Source of the DNA: a virus
Lineage: Duplodnaviria > Caudoviricetes
Strand: one strand, 5' to 3'
Length of the DNA stretch: 45,786 nucleotides
IMG/VR virus record: IMGVR_UViG_3300022923_000027
Location: 1-45,786 of that record
Part shown: positions 10,242 through 19,722 of the stretch, piece after piece
Layout: each line of letters starts with the position of its first letter
Numbering within the stretch: position 1 is the stretch's first letter
The notes under the pieces: generated by a model
The model's input: only the letters and a program-made list of their open reading frames with translations
What the model was told of the DNA's origin: nothing
Database searches by the model: none
Program-made: the position numbers and the translations under genes

Positions 10242-10814
10242 ATGAGTGGCGAAGGACTATCAGTAACTTTTAGAAGAACAAAACAAACCGCTAAATCTAA
10301 TAATGATCTCCTTGAGGAGTTTAAGACATTGGTTTATTCTAGCAAGAAGATCATGTCTCACATGAAATGGTATGGCAAAGAATATAGCGTTGAATTAATA
10401 GAGCATGGAGACGAGGAATTAAGATATTGGGAAAAAGAAGATGTTGCTATAAAAGATAGTTTTCAATTTCGCATTAGCGTTTGTGAGTCTTGGGGCAATG
10501 ATTCAAACTATTATGAATGTCATCAAACAGAAGGAAGTTTTGTTTCAGTTGCACGAAAATTTGCGTTAGATTATAATTTAATGTATTTTCCTTATGGCTT
10601 AAATATCGAATGGATAGAAACGCAAACTGATAATGGAGAAAGATGTTGGAATCATTTTATAGTAAAAGCCGATGATAAAAACATTGACATGATATGTGAT
10701 ATATGGTATAATTATGGCATATCAACAATAACACAAGATACAGATTATTTGAGTCAAACTCAAGACCAAATCAAACAATTAATGAGTCAAGAACAATGCG
10801 AGATTATTCGATAA
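10242..10814 (+). CDS. hypothetical phage protein
   Basis: 190-aa ORF preceded by GAGGAG. Confidence 0.7.
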   Translation: MSGEGLSVTFRRTKQTAKSNNDLLEEFKTLVYSSKKIMSHMKWYGKEYSVELIEHGDEELRYWEKEDVAIKDSFQFRISVCESWGNDSNYYECHQTEGSFVSVARKFALDYNLMYFPYGLNIEWIETQTDNGERCWNHFIVKADDKNIDMICDIWYNYGISTITQDTDYLSQTQDQIKQLMSQEQCEIIR

Positions 10815-11113
10815 TAGAAGGTTGCATTAGACAAAGTTTAGAATTACCAATTATGAAAGACGAAATTTTAGTTGAAGAAAAAAAATTAAAGAATAGAAGA
10901 AATCCTTTATTTGTGGTCACATCGAGTCATGCAGAAGCAATAGAGAATCTTGCTCGCAGAAAGAGTCTTGATGAGGTTGACCTACAATCCCTTAAAGACT
11001 TGGGTTTCGCAATTGCTTATAATAAACTTGACGAGGATGGCGAAAAATGCTATATTAAACATAACGCAAGAACATTTGCCGACAAAATGAAACGCAAGAA
11101 ACTTGAAGTTTAA
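10796..11113 (+). CDS. hypothetical phage protein
   Basis: ORF track. Confidence 0.55.
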   Translation: MRDYSIIEGCIRQSLELPIMKDEILVEEKKLKNRRNPLFVVTSSHAEAIENLARRKSLDEVDLQSLKDLGFAIAYNKLDEDGEKCYIKHNARTFADKMKRKKLEV

Positions 11114-11476
11114 ATACAACATATCTCATACAATCAACAACGAGGAAAAGATCATAGGATTTCATTCAGAAAGAAACATGATTGACTACTTAAACAAAAA
11201 CACTAATTATTTAAATACATTAAATCATGTATATTTGAATTTTAAAACTATCAAACTTTCACTAAACCAATCAAGATGGAGAAAAAAATAAATGCAAGAA
11301 ATAATAAATAAAATCTATGAGCGTATGAATTTCCTCGCTCATGCACACACAAATTGCCAAGAAACCGAGCAAGCATACATTGCCGAGTTGAGTTGTCTGA
11401 ATGAAGTTTTAGATTCAATTGAGGATTTTCCTTGGGCAGAGTCACAAGTTAATTAAACAAGAAAAACAATATAATT

Positions 11477-11659
11477 ATGGGAAAGAAAGCACGAGAAAGA
11501 GGAATCGCAGATCAAGCCAAGCATGGCATTCTGCACAAGAAAACCAAGTTGACATCACATACAGGAGCAAAACCTCTTGTTGAGTCGTTCACCAACAAGG
11601 GAGTGATGGTCACTCAAAAGGTCAGAGATGCACAACAACGCAGAAGACAATCAAACTAA
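11477..11659 (+). CDS. small basic hypothetical protein
   Basis: ORF track; K/R-rich. Confidence 0.55.
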   Translation: MGKKARERGIADQAKHGILHKKTKLTSHTGAKPLVESFTNKGVMVTQKVRDAQQRRRQSN

Positions 11660-11831
11660 TTTATTTTTGCAATTGACCGAGCGTTGGCAAGATGGACAAT
11701 ATGCTCAAGTCGTAGATTATATAAGGCATGGCATCGAATTTTCAGATCGTGCTAATATCATAGATTTTTGCGTATATCTATCTAAACACTTGGGATTCAA
11801 AGAATTAAACATTTTGCAGAAATTAATTTAA
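11628..11831 (+). CDS. hypothetical phage protein
   Basis: ORF track. Confidence 0.55.
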   Translation: MHNNAEDNQTNLFLQLTERWQDGQYAQVVDYIRHGIEFSDRANIIDFCVYLSKHLGFKELNILQKLI

Positions 11832-11875
11832 AAATAGTATTGACACATCACAACTAATGGTCTAGTATATTAAAC

Positions 11876-13066
11876 ATGACAAAGAAATTGCAGACATTAT
11901 ATAAAATCGACACTAAAGGCAAATTGCGTGAATGGACAATGCACATTGATGGTGCATCATTTTATGCAGTCAAGGGTCTTGTGGATGGTAAAAAGACTAC
12001 CGACAAGGCAACAACCACAATTGCCAAGAATGTTGGCAGAAGCAACGAAACAACTCCCGAAGAGCAAGCAGAGTTGCAAGCCCAAGCCAAATTTCAAAAA
12101 AAGTTGGATAGTGGATATGCTCTTGATGAGATAGATGCACAGAAAAAAAAGTTCTATGAACCAATGCTTGCACACAATTTCAAAGATCGACAAGATGAAT
12201 TGGTTGGCAAGTATCCTGTTTTCTCGCAACCAAAACTTGATGGTATTCGTTGCATTGTACGCAAAGAGGGCGATACGCTCATAGGAAGAACTCGCAATGG
12301 CAAGGAGATAGAGTGTATTCCTCACATCCTCAAAAGCCTAAATGGGTTCTTTCTCGCTTATCCAAAGGCTATTCTAGATGGTGAACTATACAATCACGAT
12401 TTGCGAGACAACTTTAACAAGATAACATCACTTGTTCGCAAGCAAAAACCAATCAAGTCAGACAAGATGACCGATAAAGCATTTGATAAGAAAGTCGCAG
12501 AATACAAAGAAAGATTAGCTGAAGCAGAAGATACAATACAATATCATGTATATGATGCACCAAGAATAAATGATACAATAAATGAAAAACAATCATTTGA
12601 CCATAGAATGGATGAACTGAAAGCACATCTAACACAAAACAAACACATTGTATTGGTTGAAACATTGGAAGTTTATAGTAAAGGAAATTTAGATGATTTA
12701 TATGGTCAGTATCTTGAACAAGGATACGAAGGTCAGATGGTTCGCAAATCATTATCTAGTTACGAAAACAAGCGTAGCACATCTTTATTGAAAAGAAAAG
12801 AATTTGTGGATGCAGAATATCGTGTTGTGGATATTGATGTTGGAAATGGTAATCGTAGTGGAACTGCGAAACATCTTGTTTGCTACTGCGAGACAACCAA
12901 AAAGACATTCAATAGCAACATCAAGGGTTCATTTGATTACCTCAAGGAAATCTACGATAATCGCAAAGATTATATTGGTAAATTGGCAACCATCAAGTTT
13001 TTCCAACTGACTCCCGATGGAATTCCACGCTTTCCTTATGCTATCGGTTTTCGTGATTATGAATAG
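11876..13066 (+). CDS. lig: ATP-dependent DNA ligase
   Basis: Motif I QPKLDGIRC, III LDGELY, IIIa YHVYD, IV YEGQMVR, V LLKRK, VI PRFP. Confidence 0.95.
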   Translation: MTKKLQTLYKIDTKGKLREWTMHIDGASFYAVKGLVDGKKTTDKATTTIAKNVGRSNETTPEEQAELQAQAKFQKKLDSGYALDEIDAQKKKFYEPMLAHNFKDRQDELVGKYPVFSQPKLDGIRCIVRKEGDTLIGRTRNGKEIECIPHILKSLNGFFLAYPKAILDGELYNHDLRDNFNKITSLVRKQKPIKSDKMTDKAFDKKVAEYKERLAEAEDTIQYHVYDAPRINDTINEKQSFDHRMDELKAHLTQNKHIVLVETLEVYSKGNLDDLYGQYLEQGYEGQMVRKSLSSYENKRSTSLLKRKEFVDAEYRVVDIDVGNGNRSGTAKHLVCYCETTKKTFNSNIKGSFDYLKEIYDNRKDYIGKLATIKFFQLTPDGIPRFPYAIGFRDYE

Positions 13067-13209
13067 TATTTGTTTAACAACATATAAAAAACTATACAAC
13101 CAACATATATCATACATATACTAGAATATATAGATAATACAATACAATCAATAACCACTAATAGATTAATATATATATCATTTACTACTATAAAATATAA
13201 AAATAGTGT

Positions 13210-13245
13210 GTGGAGTAAAGTGGGTTAAAATGGGTTATTAGGGAG
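13210..13245 (+). promoter_or_regulatory. four direct repeats at exact 10-bp period (GTGGAG, GTGGGT, ATGGGT, AGGGAG), MraZ-box-like
   Basis: G-rich island at 13210, 13220, 13230 and 13240 inside an extremely AT-rich intergenic region. Confidence 0.5.
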
Positions 13246-13315
13246 TACGCGACTTAAATATATAAAATAATAGATTCAATTATATTTCAAAAACAAAAAA
13301 TAAAAAAATAAAAAA

Positions 13316-13738
13316 ATGCAAATTACAATAGGAGAATACAGAATAAGAAGATATGATAATTTAAATTTGTGTGTTGAGCAGAAAAAAATAAAACAAAAAG
13401 CAAAAAATCCTTATGGCAGGAACGGCAAGCAGGGTGACATCGCAATTGCACAAAATAATTCATGCAATAAAGTACAATATAAATGGCATTTAATATGTTA
13501 TTCTAGTACATTAGATTATTGTTTAAAGAAATTGGTAGAGCATTGTTTGACAAATGATGATGAAATAAATACAATAAAAGAGTTACAAAATAAAATAAAT
13601 CAATTAAATGAAAAAATTAATACAATTAACACACAATATGGCGAGACAATTTCACAAAATATTTTATCAAATAAGGCGGATCAAGAGGATCACATCCTCA
13701 ACCAAGCAGACCGAATCGCAGAAGATTGCCTTGGATGA
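13316..13738 (+). CDS. hypothetical phage protein
   Basis: 140-aa ORF; D.LN......K....W....Y pattern. Confidence 0.7.
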   Translation: MQITIGEYRIRRYDNLNLCVEQKKIKQKAKNPYGRNGKQGDIAIAQNNSCNKVQYKWHLICYSSTLDYCLKKLVEHCLTNDDEINTIKELQNKINQLNEKINTINTQYGETISQNILSNKADQEDHILNQADRIAEDCLG

Positions 13739-13783
13739 GCGAAATAGTCACGGATTTCCAACCTTTTTCAGATAATTATAATA

Positions 13784-13808
13784 CAAGTCATTGATTTATA
13801 AGGTTTTA
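13784..13808. promoter_or_regulatory. isolated IHF-consensus-like site related to the dyad-element palindrome
   Basis: CAAGTCATTG-ATTTA-TAAGGTTTTA; minus strand reads AATCAATGACTTG, matching WATCAANNNNTTR; 20 bp upstream of TTGACA at 13829. Confidence 0.45.
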
Positions 13809-13869
13809 CATTATATTTCATTTTATTGTTGACATTCTCATGTATGTATCTTATAGTATATAGTATATT

Positions 13870-14061
13870 ATGAAACAAACACCCGAAGAAATAAGAAAAG
13901 CATTAAAAGAAAAAGGATTTTCTGATGATAAAATAGATTTAATCATAGAAAAAGCATTAAATGCACAAGAAAAAATATTAAAAATGCAACCAAAGACAAT
14001 TGAGATTAAAGAATTTGAAAAAAATATAGATATAATAAAAAAAATAAAACAAAATGACTGA
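13870..14061 (+). CDS. hypothetical phage protein
   Basis: ORF track; promoter at 13829. Confidence 0.55.
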   Translation: MKQTPEEIRKALKEKGFSDDKIDLIIEKALNAQEKILKMQPKTIEIKEFEKNIDIIKKIKQND

Positions 14062-14251
14062 ATTGCAAAAAATAAGTGGCGAAATATGTGAAATATTCCA
14101 AAACAAGATAAAGGAACTAACTGATGAACAGGCACAAACATTAAACTTGCACAATAATAGCATGAATTTTTGTATTCAATTGGGCGACGAGGCAAAAGCC
14201 ATGTGGGAAGCACGGCAAACACTAAAATATCTCCACGAAATAACCAAATAA
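14054..14251 (+). CDS. hypothetical phage protein
   Basis: ORF track. Confidence 0.55.
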   Translation: MTELQKISGEICEIFQNKIKELTDEQAQTLNLHNNSMNFCIQLGDEAKAMWEARQTLKYLHEITK

Positions 14252-14472
14252 TGGAAGATGATGATCCAAATATGGAGGAAGCATTGATTTTGACCTATGA
14301 GATTATACAATTGATAGAGCAAAATATAGAATCCTTTGATAATCAAGAGATGCAAGAAGTATTGACCTCGAATGACACAATAAAATTCTTTCTTGACAAT
14401 GATAATTCAGAAAGAGCATTAACAGAAGCACGCAATTTAAAGAAATATTTAATAAAATTAACTAAAAAATAA
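14251..14472 (+). CDS. hypothetical phage protein
   Basis: TAATG overlap inside track ORF 14170..14472. Confidence 0.55.
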   Translation: MEDDDPNMEEALILTYEIIQLIEQNIESFDNQEMQEVLTSNDTIKFFLDNDNSERALTEARNLKKYLIKLTKK

Positions 14473-14478
14473 TATATC

Positions 14479-14679
14479 ATGCACACACGAAGAGAAATAG
14501 ATAATTTGCTAGACAAAATGAATCAAATAATTGCAAATAAAAAAGAATCAAATAAAGATTGCGGCGAATTGAACAAAATAAAAGATGAAATAAACAAAAA
14601 AACCAACAACGGCAAATATGCCAAGGGTATGTGGACAGATAGCCCCGAATTTATGTACAGCAAATCGACACAACAATAA
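14479..14679 (+). CDS. hypothetical phage protein
   Basis: ORF track. Confidence 0.5.
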   Translation: MHTRREIDNLLDKMNQIIANKKESNKDCGELNKIKDEINKKTNNGKYAKGMWTDSPEFMYSKSTQQ

Positions 14680-15067
14680 TATATGTCGAAGAAACACAAA
14701 AACATCGACACATTTAATTATACAAAATAATTTATTAAATAATGAAACAAATTGCGAAAGAACTAGACAAAATAAAAGAACAAATATCTATTGCAAATGG
14801 ATACAAAGATGATATAAGAGTAGAGTTAAATAAAATAAATGAAACACTAATATTAATTGCTCAAATACTAAGAAATAAATAACTTAATTATACAAAATTA
14901 TGAAGCAAATAAACCCAAATAAATATTTAATCGGCAAAAAGAAAATGGGCAAGGGCAAAGTCGGAACAAAGGGCGGACAAGCCACTAGAACAGGGGCATT
15001 CGGCGGAAAAAGCAAGTTCAACAAAAAAAGGCTTGACAACACATTGTAATCTGCCATACTTGATATT

Positions 15068-15262
15068 ATGAAATTCAAAGAAATAAACTTACGCGACGAA
15101 AACGGAATGATTCCTGTGGGTTCAGAACTTGCAGTAATCGACAGAAAAGACTTGATGCAGGATGACCTCGACCAAGCACTCGTTCTTTATGGATGGGACG
15201 AAGTTGGTATGTTCGACCATGAATTCAGCCTTCCTGTTTATGGATTCATTTCGGGCAATTAA
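15068..15262 (+). CDS. hypothetical phage protein
   Basis: TTGACA(15033)-N16-CATACT ends 7 nt before ATG. Confidence 0.65.
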   Translation: MKFKEINLRDENGMIPVGSELAVIDRKDLMQDDLDQALVLYGWDEVGMFDHEFSLPVYGFISGN

Positions 15263-15413
15263 AAAAGACTTGACATACATTCTTGATCTGATATAGTATA
15301 AGATATGACCAACCAAGAGATAAGCATCATGATGATCGCACTTTCTTTGTTGGCATTGACTCTAACAATAACAATAGGTTGCAAAATAATAAAACACAAA
15401 AATAAATAAAATT

Positions 15414-15638
15414 ATGAGTATTGCGAAAAATGCACGAGCAAGCCAAGTAATGGCAGACATTAAAAGTGGCAAACATACCCCTGCGAACAGGCAAGGCAAG
15501 TTTGCGAATTTCGGATCAATTGCCGAGGATAGTATTTATTATTCTACTATGTTGGCACAAAAAGCAGACGCTGAACGCTTGGCAAGGATCGAGCGTAGCA
15601 AAGCGAGACTTGGTAGAAGATCATTTTTTGCATGGTAA
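15414..15638 (+). CDS. small basic hypothetical protein
   Basis: ORF track. Confidence 0.6.
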   Translation: MSIAKNARASQVMADIKSGKHTPANRQGKFANFGSIAEDSIYYSTMLAQKADAERLARIERSKARLGRRSFFAW

Positions 15639-15724
15639 AAGATGCAAATTTTGTATTTCACACACTTAATAAAATAAAATTATTAATACAATATCATTTT
15701 GCATGATAAAACAAGATAAATAAT

Positions 15725-16261
15725 ATGATAACATTAACAGAAGAATTCATTAGAACAATCAAGCCTCAGTTCAGACAATCAATTAAAAAGATTGGCAGAC
15801 TAAGAAGATTTAAAGGAGAAGCCGAAGAATTTAGTTGCGTTTACTTTTTAGTTTCAGAAGACGATGAGGTTGTTTATGTTGGATCAACAGGAAATTTACT
15901 CCAAAGAGTTGGAGCACATCAATCAAATAAAGATTTTAGTAAAATTTACTATTTACTTCCTCCGAGCCAAGTAGAAAAGAAGGCAGAAGCTTGGAGGCAA
16001 AAGCATAAAACTTATCTTAATTCAGAGTGGGTTAAAAAGCCTTTCAGCAGAAGGTTAGGGAACAAACCATCTCTCCGCAGACCTGAACCAAGCCCTTATG
16101 CAGTTTGGATTAATGAAACAGAGAAAAAATTTATTTTAGATTATTTACCAAAATACAATAATTGTGGCACAAAAAAGAAATCTCTTTCTGATCTTGCTCA
16201 AACTTATTCTTGGTTAAAAGCAAATAAAAAAAACTTAAATAAACTTAGTAAAATATTATGA
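15725..16261 (+). CDS. GIY-YIG nuclease family protein
   Basis: CVYFL...VVYVGSTGNLLQRVGAH, later E...I....P.YN. Confidence 0.75.
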   Translation: MITLTEEFIRTIKPQFRQSIKKIGRLRRFKGEAEEFSCVYFLVSEDDEVVYVGSTGNLLQRVGAHQSNKDFSKIYYLLPPSQVEKKAEAWRQKHKTYLNSEWVKKPFSRRLGNKPSLRRPEPSPYAVWINETEKKFILDYLPKYNNCGTKKKSLSDLAQTYSWLKANKKNLNKLSKIL

Positions 16262-16518
16262 TTAAATCACTATCTCCTAAAGCATCTATTTTTGCAACAG
16301 AGCAAGAGCTTCGTAATGAGTTAACCACAAAAGAATATGTTTATGTTAAACTCGCGAAGTTAGATGAGCATATCACTGATCTTCTCCACATGACCGAAAA
16401 AACCAACGGAGAACTAAGCATGACCGCATCAAGCAAATACAATTATATACAACAAATACAACAAGACCTATTGCGAATAAATAGAACATCAAATAACAAA
16501 ATAACTCTTGACAAATAA
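16258..16518 (+). CDS. hypothetical phage protein
   Basis: ATGA overlap. Confidence 0.55.
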   Translation: MIKSLSPKASIFATEQELRNELTTKEYVYVKLAKLDEHITDLLHMTEKTNGELSMTASSKYNYIQQIQQDLLRINRTSNNKITLDK

Positions 16519-16604
16519 CAAATAATATAGTATAATATATACATAAATTTGAGAACAAAACTCAATCAAATAAAATAATTGATCTTTTACATTTTTTAGA
16601 ATTT

Positions 16605-16810
16605 GGAGATTCTCGACGGAGATCTCCTGTGGGTGACTGAACAAACTCGTCGTGAGCGAGTTAAGGTACGCGATTCTCTGTGGTGGAGTGCTGATGGGCA
16701 AATGTCTGAGGCAGGACAATACCAAGTCTAATCGTAGTAGGAAGTAGGTAATCATAGAACTGCTGTTCACGCCGAAAACTTGAGGGTATACAGGAATCCC
16801 TTCCCACATC
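16605..16810 (+). ncRNA. structured RNA resembling the manA RNA motif of marine phages
   Basis: Non-coding GC-richer island after TTGACA(16508)-N17-TATAAT; closing helix TGTGGG/CCCACA, hairpins AACTCG/CGAGTT and GAGGG/CCCTT; GGGTGACTGAAYAAAC...GTTAAGGT...GGTAYACAGGAAYCC blocks recalled from phage manA RNAs. Confidence 0.6.
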
Positions 16811-16828
16811 TATTTCTTAATCATACTT

Positions 16829-16889
16829 GATCCCGTTCGATGCTAGTTTCCCTCCACCATCCCATGCTAGTGTCGGGCGGGATTTTTTT
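16829..16889 (+). terminator. intrinsic terminator with long stem and C-rich loop
   Basis: ATCCCGTTCGATGCTAG / CTAGTGTCGGGCGGGAT stem followed by a T-run. Confidence 0.7.
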
Positions 16890-16928
16890 GGACTTGACAA
16901 ATCCATGATATCTGGCATACTTGTATAC

Positions 16929-17183
16929 ATGAACACATTGAAACAAATTCTTGCCAACTACGGATACATCAACAAAGAGCAACTCGCCGAGATTGCCGAA
17001 CATTTTCCACACATGAAAGTGGTTATCAAATGGGGCGGACTTCCTCGCGAACGAGTTCATGCTTATCAAGCAATCGAAACCATCGAGCGAGTCGAACGAG
17101 AAAATTTAGATTATTGCCGAGAAGTATTTCTTTGCGGTAAAGATTGCGATAATCTTCGCACAGCACTTCACATTGCACAATAA
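16929..17183 (+). CDS. hypothetical phage protein
   Basis: ATG 7 nt after TTGACA(16894)-N16-CATACT; the track start at 16827 runs through the terminator. Confidence 0.65.
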   Translation: MNTLKQILANYGYINKEQLAEIAEHFPHMKVVIKWGGLPRERVHAYQAIETIERVERENLDYCREVFLCGKDCDNLRTALHIAQ

Positions 17184-17201
17184 CCATAAACAAAAATTAT
17201 T

Positions 17202-17777
17202 ATGATTAATCCAGCCAAAGTAACAAACTATAACAGAACACAATACGAATTAGAAGAATTTATTTTATTTTGTATTAATGTAGCAGGTAAAAAATCTGCA
17301 ATAGAAGCACCTAAATTAGAAGTATTCATTGAAAGAGCAAAAGATATAACAAAAGAAACAAGTCCATTTAATTGTATTAGAAAATTGATTAAACTCGGGC
17401 GACTCAACGAGATCATGCATTGGGCAAAACTATCTCCATATGCTCAGCGTTACAACTCCTATGTTGCTGTGTCTAAAATCAAAGACCTTCAGACTGTTAC
17501 TCTCAATCGTTTACTACAGGTTCCTGGCATAGGTCTCAAGACAGCACGATTCTTTCTTTCACATAGTCGCGAGGATTTCGATGAACCAATGCTCGACACA
17601 CACATCCTGCGTTTTCTTCGCGATCAAGGTTATGTCGACGCTCCAAAGAGCACGCCGAGCAACGAGAACACCTATCACTATTTCGCGAACATCTTTAAAA
17701 ACATTGCTCGCCAACTCGGCAAAACTGTCACTGATCTTGATCTTGAAATTTGGAAACAATACTCGAAGACCGTTTAA
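17202..17777 (+). CDS. HhH-GPD DNA glycosylase-like protein (Ogg-like)
   Basis: LLQVPGIGLKTARFFL HhH with Lys; MLDTHILRFL catalytic Asp; C-terminal DL.IW. Confidence 0.75.
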   Translation: MINPAKVTNYNRTQYELEEFILFCINVAGKKSAIEAPKLEVFIERAKDITKETSPFNCIRKLIKLGRLNEIMHWAKLSPYAQRYNSYVAVSKIKDLQTVTLNRLLQVPGIGLKTARFFLSHSREDFDEPMLDTHILRFLRDQGYVDAPKSTPSNENTYHYFANIFKNIARQLGKTVTDLDLEIWKQYSKTV

Positions 17778-17780
17778 CCT

Positions 17781-17858
17781 TTGGACATCACAACAATAAT
17801 AATAATCAGCAGCGTCGTAGGTTTCATCAGAATGATCAATGACATTCGTGAATGGTAG
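17781..17858 (+). CDS. 25-aa hydrophobic microprotein (MDITTIIIISSVVGFIRMINDIREW)
   Basis: TTG start; clear paralogue at 24628..24714 on the minus strand. Confidence 0.55.
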   Translation: MDITTIIIISSVVGFIRMINDIREW

Positions 17859-17863
17859 AAACC

Positions 17864-17960
17864 CAAATACGAAATAACCAAATAACAAATAATACAATGC
17901 CAAATACATAGGTACAAATAACAACAACCAAAAAAACAATAAACACAAAAACACAATAAA
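17864..17960 (+). repeat. degenerate (CAAATA)n A/C-rich tract
   Basis: ccaaatacgaaataaccaaataacaaataatacaatgccaaatac...; nearly G-free. Confidence 0.6.
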
Positions 17961-17994
17961 ATTTGTAAAATTAGAATAAAAATTAAAAATGATA

Positions 17995-18071
17995 TAAGTT
18001 GTTGAATATCAACGAGTTGCGCGAAAATCGCCTAGGCAGTTTCGCCTAAGTCATTGAACCGCAACAAGATA
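17995..18071. repeat. 77-bp dyad element E1
   Basis: TAAGTTGTTG-N5-CAACGAGTTG + 27 bp (CCTAGG) + TAAGTCATTG-N5-CAACAAGATA. Confidence 0.9.
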
Positions 18072-18091
18072 CAACTATTTTTAAAAAAGTG

Positions 18092-18119
18092 TTGACAGCA
18101 CGCAAAAATCTGTCATACT
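18092..18119 (+). promoter_or_regulatory. TTGAC...CTGTCATACT class early promoter (leaderless)
   Basis: TTGACA-N16-CATACT ends 6 nt before ATG 18126; same class at 6129, 15033, 16894, 20032, 21412, 22572, 22719. Confidence 0.75.
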
Positions 18120-18125
18120 AAAGTC

Positions 18126-18515
18126 ATGATTAAGGATGAACCTCGATACAAGATAGACTATAATCGCCCTGTTTTTGTATACCGCAACTTGCACAAAAAG
18201 TGTTGGAGTGTCAAGCAGGATGGTTTGGTCAAAGCTCACAGTCAACTTCTTGCCATGCACAGTTGCACTTTTAAAGTTAGTCAAGCAGGACGCAAGCGAG
18301 TAATCAAGGAGCAACGCAAAAATGTTCATGCAGGCGTTCATGGTTATCTTGAGAATTGGCAGATGGGCGAATGGATCGACTCGCATCCAACAGCAAGACC
18401 TGTAACTTATAACCCTTACAAGTATGAGAATTTTGTTGACAAAGACACCGAGCAAATGGTAGACTATGCTATTGCCGTAAGATTAGAACCCAAACAAGTA
18501 TTAGCAGTATTATGA
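18126..18515 (+). CDS. conserved phage hypothetical protein
   Basis: VYRNLHKKCWSV...F.VS.AGR.RV..E.RKNVHA...YNPYK, recalled as a widespread phage family. Confidence 0.8.
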   Translation: MIKDEPRYKIDYNRPVFVYRNLHKKCWSVKQDGLVKAHSQLLAMHSCTFKVSQAGRKRVIKEQRKNVHAGVHGYLENWQMGEWIDSHPTARPVTYNPYKYENFVDKDTEQMVDYAIAVRLEPKQVLAVL

Positions 18516-18663
18516 ACACAGACCAATTAACAAAAACACAACTAAAAAAAGAAATCCTCAATGAGTTCGATTATTTATCTCCAAGCGACTTGATAAGAAT
18601 TTTTGAGATGATTTTTGGACATGGTGAGGTTGAATTTAACGAAGTAGATTGGAGCAAGTAATT

Positions 18664-18888
18664 ATGACTCAAGCAAAAATTAGACAAGAAATCGCAGACA
18701 TTGTTCACGGAAATCTCCGCTATGCAGATCCGTTCGACAGAATGAATCTTGAGAAGGGTGAGCGAGTTGGAGTTAAGGGTTTCACAGTTCAGTCAGCAGA
18801 AGAGGTCTTGGATGACATCATTTGTGACTTGACAAGTTTGCAAGATGAGATTAGAATAGAATCATCTTTTCAATCAGCACAACTATAA
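18664..18888 (+). CDS. hypothetical phage protein
   Basis: First ATG in track ORF 18649..18888. Confidence 0.6.
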   Translation: MTQAKIRQEIADIVHGNLRYADPFDRMNLEKGERVGVKGFTVQSAEEVLDDIICDLTSLQDEIRIESSFQSAQL

Positions 18889-18901
18889 CACAAGAAAAAT
18901 T

Positions 18902-19321
18902 ATGGGATTAGATCAATACGCATACTCACGACCACCACGCAAACGCAACTCGGATGACGATGTGCAACTGATGGAGTGGCGAAAGCACAATCGCTTGCAA
19001 GGTTGGATGCAACAACTTTGGTACGACAAAGGTTGCCCAAATGCAAAAACAGAAGATGATGAGATGGGGGATTTTAATTGCGTTGAGTTGCAATTAACCA
19101 AGCAAGACATTGACAACTTGGAATATGCAATCGAGAATTTTGAATTGCCCGAAGCCAATGGATTCTTTTGGGGAAGCGATTCATACTTTTGGCATAACGA
19201 GAATGATGAACCATTTCCCGAGAATGACTATTGGTACAAGCAGAACGACCTTCAATTTGTTGAGGATGCAAAAAAAGCACTTGACAATGGACACAGAATC
19301 TACTATTCTTGTTGGTATTGA
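18902..19321 (+). CDS. conserved phage hypothetical protein (MGLD...WRKHN...GFF.G family)
   Basis: MGLDQY, WRKHNRLQGWM, FNC, GFFWG and YSCW motifs. Confidence 0.8.
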   Translation: MGLDQYAYSRPPRKRNSDDDVQLMEWRKHNRLQGWMQQLWYDKGCPNAKTEDDEMGDFNCVELQLTKQDIDNLEYAIENFELPEANGFFWGSDSYFWHNENDEPFPENDYWYKQNDLQFVEDAKKALDNGHRIYYSCWY

Positions 19322-19323
19322 TT

Positions 19324-19503
19324 ATGGAAGAACTACAAAACATCATTAACGATCTACAAGCACGACTAGCAATAGTTGGTGGTGGTAGAATCATCATTAC
19401 TAGCGACAATTGCTCAGTCAGTTTGGGCAAAGAACACGAAGATTTCGAGGTTCAAGAAAACCAAGCTGATGTTGAGATGTACAACCAAATGTGGGGACAA
19501 TAA
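19324..19503 (+). CDS. hypothetical phage protein
   Basis: ATG 2 nt after upstream stop. Confidence 0.55.
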   Translation: MEELQNIINDLQARLAIVGGGRIIITSDNCSVSLGKEHEDFEVQENQADVEMYNQMWGQ

Positions 19504-19506
19504 GTT

Positions 19507-19722
19507 ATGGAACGAAAAGAATACATTGATGCAGTTTGCCAAGGTGAGCCACTAGAAACACCATCTTACAATCACGCTTCAGATACTTGGAGTTTGTGGT
19601 TCGAGGAGTCTCCAACTCCTTATCACCCCTACTTTCAAAGGGATTTGATTGAAGTGAGCTTCGAATCCAAAACGGATGCCGAAAGGGCATATCACCATTA
19701 TTCACAGCCAATACAAGGTTAA
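19507..19722 (+). CDS. hypothetical phage protein
   Basis: ORF track. Confidence 0.6.
   Translation: MERKEYIDAVCQGEPLETPSYNHASDTWSLWFEESPTPYHPYFQRDLIEVSFESKTDAERAYHHYSQPIQG

Noticed and set aside
14714-14898. 15-bp direct repeat TTAATTATACAAAAT at 14714 and 14884
   Set aside because: Only two copies of very AT-rich sequence in an AT-rich region; cannot be separated from chance.
17559-17956. Hydrophobic minus-strand ORFs here and at 23544..23858
   Set aside because: Their F/Y/L-rich N-termini are translations of the (TATTTG)n low-complexity tracts.
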